Shown here: one piece after another, positions 41,501-53,806 of the stretch
How positions within the stretch are numbered: position 1 is the stretch's first letter
How the letters are laid out: the number at the start of each line of letters is the position of its first letter
NCBI GenBank assembly: GCA_002633005.1
Contig: NMRA01000930.1
Location: 33,858-95,886, forward strand
Direction: 5' to 3'
Source: Phoronis australis
Lineage: Eukaryota; Animalia; Phoronida
Length of the DNA: 62,029 nucleotides
Translations under genes and position numbers: made by a program
Notes under the pieces: model-generated
The model's input: only the letters and a program-made list of their open reading frames with translations
Databases searched by the model: none
Told to the model about the DNA's origin: nothing

Positions 41501-44252
41501 CAACGATTGAAAACGGGTGACAATGCGCCAGAGCCGCCATTTTGAAAGAAGTCTTTGAATCTTAGAATGAGAACAAAATGGCCGCCACAGCCGCCATCTT
41601 GGATCTGATTATGACGAAAAACAATAGGCTTCCAGTACTACCGAAACTACGTGTTATGTATAAATTTCGTGATGATCGGACGAAAATTGCGACCTGTATG
41701 GTGCGAACAAACAAAACATAACAGAAAAGACGACAATAGAGATAATGACGAAGAGGGCGAATATGACGACGATGGTGGCCATGATGAACAATTCACGTAA
41801 TGATAACATTCACAAGACGAACGTAGAGGCCAGACATCAGTAAGTATAGGCTACAGTCTTGAACGACACTTGGCAAAATTAATTGAAAAGACGACGACGG
41901 AGAAAGTGACGAAGATAACGAATATGGTGACGATAGCGATCATGATGAACAACATCATAACATTCATATGAAGCACTTAGATGTCATAAATCAGCAACAA
42001 ATAGGCTACACTATTGTTCAATAGAAACTAAACCAACACCAATGCAGCAAGAGCGCTCAACAAAGGAACAGCGCTATCAGAAAATCTCAAATAATTCAAA
42101 CAGTAAAAAATTTGAAAAATGAAAGATATCATCTGAAAGCCCGTGTAAAACTCTATCTAAATTGATAGTATCACACACTTCCGTAAGTTTTTCGAAAAAA
42201 TGAAATTTTGCTTTTTTTAAGAAATTGAAAGTCAACTCGAAAACGGTAAGTCTGAGAAACAAATTGATACAGTTCATTTGAAAGAATATACCTCAGAAAA
42301 TCCACATGCAAAAATTCACGTCATTTCCTCCTCCCGTTTAAATGGCACCCCAGAACGACTGAAAATGGGTCAACATGCGTCAGATCCGCCATCTTGAAAG
42401 CAACTTCCGGTTTTTTCGACTTCATTTAACAGCATGTTAGACAAAACTGATATCTGAAAAAATCAGAGGAATTGGTCCAATAATGCAAAATCGAGGTGCG
42501 CATGCGCGAGTGCCAATATTTCCGCCATCTTTAAACGGAAGTGAAGAATTTCCAATATACAAGTAGTGCAAACGCGGTCCAATAATTGTGCTGATTTTCA
42601 GCCCTGTACGTAAAAAACTGTAGCCTCCAGGAGCCTTTGAATCTTAAAATGAAAACAAAATGGCTGCCACAGCCGCCATCTGAGATTCGATTATGACGAA
42701 AAACAACATGCTTCCAGTACTTTCGTATCTACGTGTTATGTGTAAAATTCGTGATGATTGGACGAAAATTGCGACCTGTATCGAGTGAACAAAAAAAAAT
42801 AAAATATGAAAGCGCTCCGAGGAGCGAAACTTTGCGAAATTAACCAAAACAACCACGTTATAGATGACCAGAAGAACGACGACAGAGATGATGACGAAGA
42901 TGACAGCTATGATGACGATGGTGGCGATGATGGACCATGCAAGTTATGATATCATTCATATGACGAACGTAGAGGTCAGAAATCACTAAGAAATAAGCTA
43001 CAGTCTTGAGCGACACTTGGCGAAATTAACTGAAGAAAAAACGACGTCAAAGATGATGACGAAGATGACGAATATCATGATGGTGGTGGCGATGATGAAC
43101 AACATCATAACAATCATATGACGAACTTAAATGTCATATATCAACAAGAAATAGACTACAGCCTAGCTCAATAGAAGCTAAACCAACATCAATGCAGCAA
43201 GAGCTCTCAACAAAAGAACAACGTTATCAGAAAATCTCAAATAACTCAAAAAGTAGACATCCTAGCGAAAAATGGAAAACATCTTCTGAAAGCCCGTTAA
43301 AAGTTCTATCTAAATCAACAGTATCACACAATGCCGTAGATTTTTCGAAAAAAGGAAATATTTTTAAGAAATTCATAGTCGAATAACTCGAAAACGGTCT
43401 GAGAAAAAATTGTTACAGGCCATTTGAAAGAGTATACCTCAAAGAATCCACATGAAAAAAAATCACGTCTTTTTCTCTTCCCGTTTCAAATAGCACTCCA
43501 GCACGACAGAAAACAGGTCAACATGCGTCAGATCAGCCATCTGGAGAGCAACTTCCGGTATTTTGGCTCTGTATAATAGCATGTCATAAGAAATTAATAC
43601 CTACAAAAATTCGAAGGAATTAGCCCTATAATGCGCCCTCTAGAGGAAAAAAAACTTTTTTAGGCCAAGATCGAGGTGCTCATGCGCGATCGCCGATATT
43701 TCCACCATTTTTAGCTGGAAGTAAACAATTTCCGGTATACTTGCAGCGCACGTCCAATCCAATAATTTTGCTGAGTTTGAACCATGTACTTAAAAAATTG
43801 TAGCCCCAGAAGACTTTGAATCTTAAAATGAAAACAAAATGGCCTCCACAGCAGCCATCTTGGATCCGATTATGACGAGAAACAATAGGCTTCCAGTACT
43901 TCCAAAACTACGTGTTATGTGTAAATTTCGTGATGATCGGACGAAAGTTGCGACCTGTATCGTGCGACCAAAAAAAACAAACTTGATGGAAGGCCAACAT
44001 ACTTGGCGGTATTCCCAGAATTCCGCCAAGTAAATGTTACACGGACATATTTTCCTTCATCGCGCGTATGACAACGACGCAACGCTTCCGAATCTCAACG
44101 TCCTCAGGTATTGTAAAACAAACAGTTGAGTATCCATATTTTTTCTAGCGGTTCGAGCAACGCGGAATACAACAAGTATGCCGATAAGCCAACAGAAATA
44201 TCGTAGCGAGCCTCGTTTTGGAACGCGCCTCCTGTCGGCGTAAATAAGGTCT
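38519..44252 (-). mobile_element. Family A TIR element copy 2, inverted and interrupted by HINE family 2
   Basis: AT|AGACTTAACTCACG ... CGTAAATAAGGTCT|AT. Both arms match 663-2742 in reverse orientation. Confidence 0.75.
39745..44033 (-). mobile_element. Cluster of HINE/Helentron-like family 2 copies, including a 190 bp tandem repeat
   Basis: Repeated GAGAGCGCTCGGAGGAGCGACACTTGGCGAA (hairpin plus subTIR) and repeated AAATGGCCGCC...GCCATCTTGGA cores. The terminus ACTTGGCGG-tattcccagaatt-CCGCCAAGTAA lies at about 44002-44033. Confidence 0.7.
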
Positions 44253-44469
44253 ATAGTGAATACGAATGACCTCGGTTTACTGCCTTTGTCAGCGATTACT
44301 AAGTGTCTACTTTGCATAATAGTTGTTCATTTCTTGCTCAAAATCGTCTTCGTCTTCTGATCTCCTGAAATATTTAAAGTCAGTTAACATTACCCCTGGC
44401 TCGTTTTCCTGACTATAAAATAAGAATTGAGAAAAAGGAATAAAAATATTATACAAAAAATCAATGAAA

Positions 44470-44890
44470 TAAAGGTATGTGGAGCAATCCGTCAGCAGCG
44501 ATTTGAAGGCATCTGGTTCGACACCGACTCTCGTATGGTGGGAGATTGTTCCACACGACTGTTGCCGAGAAAATAAGTAAATAACACGACAAGAACACAG
44601 AGCACGTGGAACCTCCATGGCGCACAAACAATGCCGCAAAACTGCAAAAGTGCTTGTCGGACATTGCGGCATTGTGGGTACTGCAACGAAATTTTAGTGT
44701 CGCTGTGTAATCCGGGACGGCCCTATTGACATTCGGCACAGGGAGGGTATGATTACATTTGTATCGTAAACTATAGTCCTTGTGTTCGATGAAAAAAAGG
44801 AATAACTCGTTACCACACGAAAGACAATGATGTTCAAAGACCCCAAACACAACTTTATGAGGTGCAGAGAGATTTGTTCGAATCAACACG
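44470..44890 (-). pseudogene. Probable CR1/L2-type LINE 3' ORF2 fragment
   Basis: Minus-strand pieces YSLRYKCNHTLPVP, FSATVVWNNLP and DAFKSLL fit the Y-x-LR...F...WN-x-LP...FK C-terminal signature. Confidence 0.45.
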
Positions 44891-45838
44891 TAAGAATACG
44901 AGCAAGTAAAGTGATCAACACTGATTTTCAGGGTTCTGTTATTGAGCGTTTCAGTCTTTCAATAGGCATTCTACTCATAAAAGGTCAACTTACTAATGGG
45001 CGATCTACAACAGTTGGAATCTGGCAAAATATGCGAGTTATAAATAGTCATACATGTTTAACCATCCAAGCGAATGTAACCAGCGAGCGTAGACCAAGGT
45101 TTAAGGTTATCTCAAACCTTATGGACATCCATTCTAACTGTTATTTCAAAAATATGCTTTGTCAACCAGTAAAGTATATATTTTCTGAAATAAAAAAGAT
45201 CAGGGAATATAATGTTTTATATTTTTGTGGCATTATTATTATTTCCTTAACAACTTTTAAGTGAAATTCCATGTTTAAGAAACGCAAAATCATAGCATAA
45301 CGACCCTTCCGTCGATTTTAATGAAACCTTTTTTGAATGAGAACTTCACCAGTTATCTCAAAAACGCTTATAGGAACTTTCGTTTAGCCTCTTCGTTTGA
45401 ATTATATAACAATCAGCACGCAAAAAAATATTTAAAAAAAGAAGTCGTATTTTTCTTTGCTAAGCTTTATATCAAAAATCCTAATACTGTTATTGATATT
45501 GACGTTTACCTCTGGTTCTTCAAAGATCCTCAACGAAATTTTATAAAATTTGGCAAATAGGCATCTGTTGGGGAGATGACGCTTCTCTCCCGATTTTGGA
45601 TGGATTCGAGATATTTTGCGCCACCTAGTGGTAATTTTTCCTGTTTTTGAACCTGTTTTGTTGCCATACATCCCTCTGTCAACCCAACCACTCTAAACAT
45701 TACGCTGTCAAGCCGCTAAGAGGATCATGAAAATTGGCATATGTGTGTCTACTGACAAAAGCATAACTGACGTGGATTTTCAAACGGGTCCATTTACTGT
45801 AGTGCGATTAACTCAAACCAGTCTAACTTACATTGCAG

Positions 45839-45970
45839 ATTGTCCAGCTGGTAAATATGGCGCAGACTGCGCTCAAACGTGCGGATCATGCAAGGTCGGA
45901 GACTGTGATCGTTTTACTGGTCACTGCAGAAGCGGTTGTAAAGTTGGACATTACACCAACTACTGTAAAG
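45839..45970 (+). CDS. Tie/TEK-like protein, EGF-like exon 3
   Basis: CPAGKYGADCAQTCGSCKVGDCDRFTGHCRSGCKVGHYTNYCK, compared with Tie2 GFYGPDC...CDRFQGC. ttgcag and gtaagt boundaries, phase 1-1. Confidence 0.9.
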
Positions 45971-47370
45971 GTAAGTGCACACACAATGCAAGAAGATAAC
46001 TGAAGATGAACGACGTTACGGTATATTCGAGTATGTAGGCATTTGGTTTATCCGATGTAACTTTGCCATACACGTTTTTACTGGTCACTGTACAAACGGT
46101 TGTAAAAATGGACATTACACCGACTATTGGAAAGGTAAGTCTGCTCAAAATCCAAGAATATAACTTTACGTACATCGCTGGAAATTGGAACATCCCAATA
46201 TTCTGAAGGTTCACTACTCCGATTAAGGTTCAAGGAAATACCTAAAAGTAATATAAATAGAAATATCTATCTGTACATACAACGCCCGGGCACTTAAACA
46301 CTTTGTTTGGATTTCATGCGCATGCGAAATTGCCCGCATGCCTTACGAAATACGGAAAATTAGTACTCACTTGCATTTTTAAAAAAGTTTGAAGTTGGAA
46401 TATTGATGAATTATCAACCACGATACATTAAGCAAAGGCATGTCAAAATTGTGCGATTTCAAAAGTTTAGGGTCGCTACGCCTCAACTTCACCCGCCGAA
46501 AACACGGACACGCCGAGAGTAAAATTTTAATGTAGTTAGTAAGCTACCCAGTGCCTTTCAGTCTTCACAAAGTCAAATAGTTCCACCCAGTCTTCTTAAA
46601 TTTATACATGTAACCGCCGTTGGTCGCCACCGCTCTGACTCGTGCCCAACATGATTTCCTTGCTTGGAACTGAGTCCATTCAAAAACAAAGTAGTCAATG
46701 TTTCAAGAACTATTTAACTCGTGCACAACCTTTAAATGGTTGCTTAATGGACACAAATACGAAACTCTATTCATGCCAATTCCTTTTCATTAGTACTGAG
46801 ACAATGAGAATATTGAAGCGTCGGAGTTCTGGCTTCGGAATTGTGGACATTCGAAGTAGTGAACTTTCGAAGTTAACAAGCTTTCGTAGCAGTGAACCTT
46901 AAGAATATTGGACCGTCAGAGTAGTGAACGTTCGGAATATTAACATGTAACCTTGGAAATCTTTTCCATCAAATTTGCTGCTCGCATGAAATCTGTGAGG
47001 CTGTGCAACATTGATACTGATTGACTAGAAAATAATTTTTTCAAAGAGAATGCATGAATAGATGACCCCTAGTGAGCAACTCGTAGTCCTGACAAAACAC
47101 AAAATCTTGCCAGTGCCATACATTTTTACAGTTGTTCTTGCCTTGTTTTGAGGAAATATTCCCTAAAATTTGACTGCGATAAGATCTTCACTAAGGTCAG
47201 AACTAGTGGGAACTATTTCAGGAAAACGGGGCTTTGATTAATTACCTCACAAAATCGTAACTCAATGAGTCAATTGTGAGGTGGACTGGGCCACGTTACT
47301 ATTTTTTGTTCTTTTTCAATTCCAATTTTTATCGTCCCTTTGGCCGAGTTAAGGAATCGCATGTTGTTAG

Positions 47371-47608
47371 CATGCGTGCACGCAGATTTTAGTTTGGGGG
47401 GGGGGGCCGAATCTTTGACCAAGTAGGCCTTTTGTTAACAAAAAGCTGGATGACCTAAAAAACGGGTTGCCAACTTCTGTACTGTGACCTGTGCGTCTTT
47501 TGTCTCGTATTCTCGGACTTTTTGTTTCTCTGAGGCGGACATTTTTGTCCACTTCGCCAAAATGGGAGGCTCCTTCAAGCCCCCCCGAGCCCCCTGTGTG
47601 TGCGCATG
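47371..47608. mobile_element. MITE with CATGCG termini and a 5 bp direct flank
   Basis: gttag|CATGCGTGCAC ... GTGTGCGCATG|gttag. Its right part matches 49721-49845 in reverse. Confidence 0.7.
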
Positions 47609-48217
47609 GTTAGTTAAAATACAATGTATATACATGTATGCGCCAACGGAACTAATAGGGACAGCAGCTTTAGTGTAGCTCTGTGACTAACTGGTGAGAA
47701 ATTGATTATAGGTTTCTTATTGAAGTATGGATGAAAATGGTACGTTATTAATTAAACTAAAACTGAAAATGTCCAAAAGATATACTTTTTCTGATTGACT
47801 CAAACCATATATATATATTTTTGGTGAAATAGAATTGTTTAAAAATTAAGATGCATACAAAATACAAGTACACGCAGTACAATGTTCGTCTAAGCGTATA
47901 ATGAGAGCTCTTGTCATTTGCAAAATACTTCACTAGACCGTATTTGAGAAATATAAGTGATGTGCCCATATAGCACGGTTTTCTTCAAACTGTTTGCTTA
48001 TAGAGACTTTTTCGAATATAGTCGTATGGGCCTGAACGGTGTTTTCGTACAAACGGTAGAGTAAAAAATGACATCCTGACCTTCTACCGTGGCCTCCGTT
48101 ATGATGACCCACCAATAAAGGAATTCTCTGAATAAATTTGAAAATAGTTTTAGGCCTACCGTGCAATCATGTATAGTGGACCAGTACGCTTTTAAATTTT
48201 CTTTTGTGCGATTCCAG

Positions 48218-48346
48218 AATGTAATGACGGGTGGTACGGCAAAGACTGCCAAAATCAATGCGGACTATGCAGTGGCAATGAAGTATGTAACAAGTCTACG
48301 GGCAACTGTAGTGAGTGCGAGGAAGGGTACAGTAAGCCACGCTGCG
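48218..48346 (+). CDS. Tie/TEK-like protein, EGF-like exon 4 (frame absent from the ORF track)
   Basis: CNDGWYGKDCQNQCGLCSGNEVCNKSTGNCSECEEGYSKPRC. Pyrimidine tract with ccag acceptor and gtaag donor, phase 1-1. Confidence 0.88.
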
Positions 48347-48369
48347 GTAAGCTCTGTCATCGACCTTAT

Positions 48370-48740
48370 CCCCAATGCCAACTTGTCAAACGAGCACACA
48401 TTGGCAGCTTACCTGTACACGTAACCAGTAAACATGCATGTACTGGCCCTCTACTGTCTTCTGTATTGGTTCAATACTGTAGGCCAGTACTGACCCAATA
48501 TTTTGCACACCAGCTGGGTATAGGGCCGGTATAAGATTGCGATATCGGGCCAGTAAAGGGCCAGTAATCGGTTTCGGGCCCTTTAAAACCAGTATTGACA
48601 GACTGTGTTGGCCCTGTAAAGGGTCATTGATTGGCTCATATTAAGCCAGTATACTAATTACATAGACGAAAGTGCAGTGGTGGGCCAGTACAGTGCCAAT
48701 ATTGGACCACTAATGTACCTTTACAGGTACAAGGCAGGGA
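48370..48740. repeat. Quasi-palindromic MITE-like repeat rich in TACTGGCCC/GGGCCAGTA motifs
   Basis: Multiple direct and inverted copies of the motif; ends ...GGCAGGGA. Confidence 0.45.
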
Positions 48741-48794
48741 TATTACTGTTTGTGCGTATAACTAAACAACAGATTTGTTTTTTCAATGCTTTAG

Positions 48795-48802
48795 GTTTTT
48801 AA
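48795..48802 (+). CDS. Candidate terminal coding micro-exon (Gly-Phe-stop) of the Tie-like gene
   Basis: atttgttttttcaatgctttag|GT TTT TAA is phase-compatible with the 48346 donor, and AATAAA occurs near 49337. Speculative. Confidence 0.3.
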
Positions 48803-49977
48803 CTCCTACAACGTTCGCTTTGCTGGTCATTTCAATCCTATTGCATGGGTAGCTGTGAGTTGCAAGAAGAAAAGACTCTTGTTCTTTAATACTTTTATTA
48901 CTATGAAACTACTAAAGTAAAATAATTACAAAAAATGATGAGTTATATAAAAACTAAGCAACATCTTTTTTCTCCAAAACTGTCTCTGGAGTGTTAGTGA
49001 CGTGGCAGCTTCACAGTCTTCGCCCTCCATCCATGTCGCCTGCGTTTCGGAAAATGTTGCCTGTCTCTTTTACTATAAAGCTTGCATTACCATTACTGTG
49101 CTCCTTGATCGTAATCCCTATAATACAACAATGCCTGTTAAGTATCTTAGAGTACAAACTAACGGACACCACTATACATTTTCCAGATAAGTTATGCATA
49201 ATAAGAGTTACCTAAAGACACTGAAAACCATCCCAACACGAAACTTATGTGAAATGCATAATCTGCAAGATATATAAATGTTTCATCCTTTGTAAACACA
49301 AGTATTACAGCTGGTTGTAGTACTTTATTTTCTTGTAATAAATATTTTCAGAAGTCAATTTTAATACAATCCGTTTCTTCCCAAAATGTCTATTTCGTTA
49401 CCGTTTTAAGATTACTAAAAATACTTCACAATCTGTTACAATAAGTCTCGTGAACATCAATTGATGGTTTTGCTCTGTGTTTACGCGGATTTGACACCGA
49501 TGTCACCCTTTCAACTTCGTCCCCAAGCCTAAAGATGGCCCTGATCGGTTCAGCCATTTGAAGCTTGGTTATGGGAATTTCTTTCTGCGCAATGATTGAC
49601 CGATGCCTTGACCGGCTTGACGTCATTGAACAAAGACACATTGTAATTATCTTAACATTGCAGCCATTCATGCTACAGAGAGCATTGTTTTAGTAATTGT
49701 CTGAAATATAGGTTGTACTTCATGGGCGCACCCGGGGGGGGGGGGGGGGGGGGGCGGGGGGGCTCGAATAAGCCTCCCAATTTGAAGAATTGGGCAAGAA
49801 GGTCCGCCTCAGGGAAACAAAAAGTCCGAGATAAAGAGACAAAAGTCCACAAAATCCACGGGAAGTCGGTGCGGATGAACAATTCGTGGGCCTGAACCTA
49901 GTGGTCCCAATTTTTTAGTCCTTGTTGATTTCTATCAGTAAAAGGTCTGCATATTGAAAAATTTGAAACCCATATAT

Positions 49978-50663
49978 TGTCAAAATATAGACTGACACTG
50001 TTGTTTGTTGTATTGTTTTGTTTTGTTTGTTTTGTTCTCTTTGATCGACATGACCCCTGAGTTAAGTACGGTGATGAGGTAATTTGTTTACTACAGTATA
50101 GTGTGGAAATTTCTGGAAGACTCTATCATGACAGTGCATGATTAATGCAGTCTGGAATATTCTAGAGACTAGTTACAAAGATTGGGTAGATTCCGGAAAG
50201 TTATGGCATGTCGTTGAATTGGTGAAAAACTCTAGAACATTGCATTAGTCTATAAATACACAAGCACGGTCAGTTAAGCTGTTAAGCAGTTCAGAAGTCG
50301 GAGTAAAAGCAGTTAACAGTTAAAAGTTGCAATAGAGTTGCAGTTGAGTTGCAATGAAGAGAATCGGCAGATACAGCGAGATTCAATAGAGAGACAGCTA
50401 CAGAGACAACAGGTTATTGAATCAACGAGTGTAACGTTTCTGGAGGTGTCTCAGAAGATCATCACAAGTCAAGCCTTCACAGCATTGGCTGTAGGGTAGA
50501 TCAGACATAACGTCGGACGTTTTTTTAAGTAGGCTTGTGAACGTATGATCCAGAATAATAAAGTTATTAACTCGAACGAGTCTTCAGTCTATCGTCGCAA
50601 CGAAAGCTATTAGCACCGGTTGATAACCACCTGCGCCCACCCACACACGGGGAAATCGTGAAA
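49978..50663 (+). repeat. 5' LTR
   Basis: TGTCAAAATATAGACTGAC...GGGGAAATCGTGAAA, homologous to 53807-54489. Contains TATAAATA (about 50251) and AATAAA (about 50557). Confidence 0.88.
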
Positions 50664-50665
50664 AT

Positions 50666-50681
50666 TGGCGAGCACGCCAGG
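50666..50681 (+). promoter_or_regulatory. Primer binding site, probably tRNA-Arg(ACG)
   Basis: TGGCGAGCACGCCAGG has 2 mismatches to TGGCGAGCCAGCCAGG, the complement of the metazoan tRNA-Arg(ACG) 3' end as recalled from memory. Confidence 0.7.
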
Positions 50682-50719
50682 TGATTACTGACGGTAACAA
50701 TGTGTGATAAAGTGGACTG

Positions 50720-51760
50720 TTGGAGACAAGATCTCATCTAACGGAGTTGATGGTCCTCGGACAAGAAATGGGTCCGGAGGGACACGACCTTCGACAGTTT
50801 ATGGAGAAAAAACAAACTGAGGTGCGTGCCGAGGCTGAGGCTATGGCAGAAGAGAGAATGGAAGCTCGTGAGTTCGAGGAGAGAAGGCAAGCGTTAGAGG
50901 CTGAGGCTGAGGAGAGAAGGCAAGGGTGAGAGGCTGAGGCTGAGGAGAGACGGCAAGCTTGTGAGGCCGAGCAGCAGATGGAGTGAGAAAGAATGGAACA
51001 CGAAAGGGCACTAGCAGCACTGAAACCTGAACAGGTTTCAGCGGAGGGTAGCCATGTTAGATCAACTGGTGGCGTAAAGCCGAAGCTACCCAACTTTGAT
51101 GAAAAACAGGACGATATGGACAGGGTTGGACCCAGAATAAATGAGCAATTAGTCTCAGTCCCATGTTAACAGGTAAGGGCCTGCAGTTTTACATCAGCCT
51201 ACCGATGGCTGATGCACTGGATTAGGCTACACTCACACGAGCCTTGATGAAGCGGTATGAGCTGACACAGGAGAGCTCTCACAGACACTTCCGGTAAGCA
51301 AGCGCTGAGAAAAGCGAAACAGCATACCAGTTTGTGGCTCGCATACAGCGATACCTAGACAGGTGGATTGACATTTCCGAATGTGGCAAATACTTTGCTA
51401 AGTTGAAAGACCTGTTAGTGCGTGAGAAGTACGTGAACACTTGTACTAAAGACTTGGACTTGTTCATGCGAGAGCGGACACCCAAGTCTGTTCCAGAAAT
51501 GGTCGAATTAGCACAGATATTTTGAGGCCCAAGGAGTGGATATCAGTCGCACTCACTCGAAAAAGTCCCAAGAACTACCAGTCAAGGCAGAAACGGCGCA
51601 GGGAGTTGATTTGAAGAAAACTGATCTCGCGGAGGAATATTGTTTCTTCTGTCACAAAGCTGGGCACCTGGCTAGAGACTGCCGGAAGCGGACTCAGGTG
51701 AGGCAACACCAGAAGTCAACCACCGAGGTTAGCAGGGTAAGGAGGAATCGGTTAAGCGTA
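50720..51760 (+). pseudogene. gag remnant with CCHC zinc knuckle
   Basis: Coiled-coil EAEERRQ repeats, KPKLPNFDEKQDDM, YLDRWI, and CFFCHKAGHLARDC at 51641-51682, with several stops and frameshifts. Confidence 0.8.
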
Positions 51761-51829
51761 CCAACCCTGAACGCGCCTTCAAAGGAAAGGTGCGTCTTCA
51801 GGAGGGGTATGTCGGCGCGAAAAAGGTCT

Positions 51830-53684
51830 CAGTGTTGAGAGACGCAGGCTGCAGAACCATTGTGGTTCGATCCAGTCTAGTCGAACCAGGAGATATGACC
51901 TGCCGGAAGTGGTCATGCGAGTTGGCTGACTCTACCAAGTGATGGTTGCGTGTCGCCAATATCAACATCAAGATACCGTACTACACAGGAGAAGTGTTTG
52001 TGACGTGCATGGAGCGTCCACTGACCGATTTGATTCTCGGGGATGTACCTGCGCCTTGGACCCAGGGGATGATGAGCGACACACGGAGGGCAACTACTGT
52101 CAACGAGGACAACCTTTTGGAGGGTCCGAAAGACTACACTCAGCAGGGTACTACTGCCAGAGAGGAAAACCCATTGACCTAAACTCCAGAGAGAGAAGAG
52201 GTGGCCGCCATGTCGGTAGGAACGGATCCTGATGAATCAAGCAGGGAAGCGTTAGCAGTGACTACCAGAGCTCAGACAGAGCGACGAAAGGCGGACAATA
52301 AGCCGTTAGTTCTAACTCCGACTATACAAGAGGTGGGATTAAAGCAGCTCAAAGAAGCCCAATGTGAAGATTCATCAATGAAAAAGCTGTGGGAGCAAGC
52401 TGAAGCCAAGGTTTAGCGACAGACCAAAAGGATGGGGTCATACTTGATGGAGGTTCAGCGAGGAATACTCTATCGGCTGTTCAAGAATAAAGACGGTGAC
52501 GAGGTGAAACAAGTTGTCGTGCCGAGCAGTTTACAGACGTCAAAGATGAGGCTCGCCCATGATTCCATACTCGGTGGACATCTCGCTGATAGAAAGACAA
52601 CTGACCGAATCATCAGCAACTTTTATTGGCCAAGAGTGGCATCAGAAGTGACCCGATTCTGCAGATCATGCGACGTCTGCAAGAAGACAATCCCGAAAGG
52701 TAGAGTGACCAAGGTACCTCTGGGAGAGATGCCTTTCAAAGGGATTGCGATCGATCTGATTGACCCTATAGTTCCACTTTCTGACAAGGGAACAGATACA
52801 TCCTCACTGTGGTAGATGTCGCTACCAGGTACCCAAAAGCAGTGGTGCTACCAAAGATTGAGACATAACATGTGACGGAAGCACTATTACAGGTCTTCAG
52901 TAGAGTAGGGTTTCCACGGGAGATACTAAGTTACTGTGGAACGCATTTCACAGAGGAACTGATGAAGGAGGTCATCAGGCTTGTGAGTGCACAGCAGCTT
53001 TACACGACCCCTTACAATCCACGCTGGAACGAGTTCTGTGAAAGCAATGCTGAAGAAGACGTGTCAAGAAAGACTAAAGGACTGTGACCAGTATCTGCCA
53101 GCTGTCCTGTTTGCGTACCGGGAAGTTCCGCAATCAAACACTGGATTTTCACCCTTTGCGTTGCTATACGGTAGGACAGTAAAAGGTCCGATGCATATCC
53201 AGAGTTAACTCTAGACTGGGGAAGACAACAACGAAATCCGAAATATTTACTAGGATGTCTTCGAGCTCAGGAACCGCTTAGAGGAGATCTGCGAGTTGGT
53301 TATAAAAAGCTTGTATAATGCACAGGGCATTCACAAGCATTACTACTACAAGAAGGCCAGAGATAGCCAGTTTCAAGTGGGACAAAGAGTGTTGGTATTA
53401 CTTCCCACAGACCATAACAAGCTTACTCTGCAGTTGAAGGGGCCTTACGAGGTTACAGAAAAAGTCAACCGTATGGACTACAGAATCAACATGAACTGCA
53501 GTTTTATCTCTACTTGACGGAATTCGTGGTGCAAACAGACCACAAGCCTTTGATATATATTTAGCCTTCTAAGATTGACAGTCCCAGAGTTATGAGATGG
53601 GCTTTAGTGCTGGAGAATTCTAAATTCCATGTGGAGGGTATTCCGGGAAAATCTAACGTTGGTGCAGACTACTTAAGTCGACTA
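51830..53684 (+). pseudogene. pol remnant: protease, integrase (H2C2, core, GPY), RNase H C-terminus
   Basis: VLRDAGC at 51833; AHDSILGGHL...FYWP...CRSCDVC; VDVATRYP; LFAYREVPQSNTGFSPF; KGPYEV. These are followed by EFVVQTDHKPL...RVMRWAL...GKSNVGADYLSR (53519-53684). Confidence 0.85.
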
Positions 53685-53806
53685 GCCATGCCTGAAGGTC
53701 AGGAATCACTTTAACAACGGATACAGCAGCAGCAGACTATATATCTGTGCCAGATGATTTTGTGTTATAAAATTATAGAGTAATTTTCTCATTGACAGGG
53801 GTGTGT

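Noticed and set aside
46180-46952. Short AGTAGTGAACCTTCG-like subrepeats
   Set aside because: Probably remnants of a foldback-type MITE, but I could not define its ends or a TSD.
48161-48424. 87 aa ORF MQSCIVDQ...
   Set aside because: It is the wrong frame over the real EGF exon 48218-48346.
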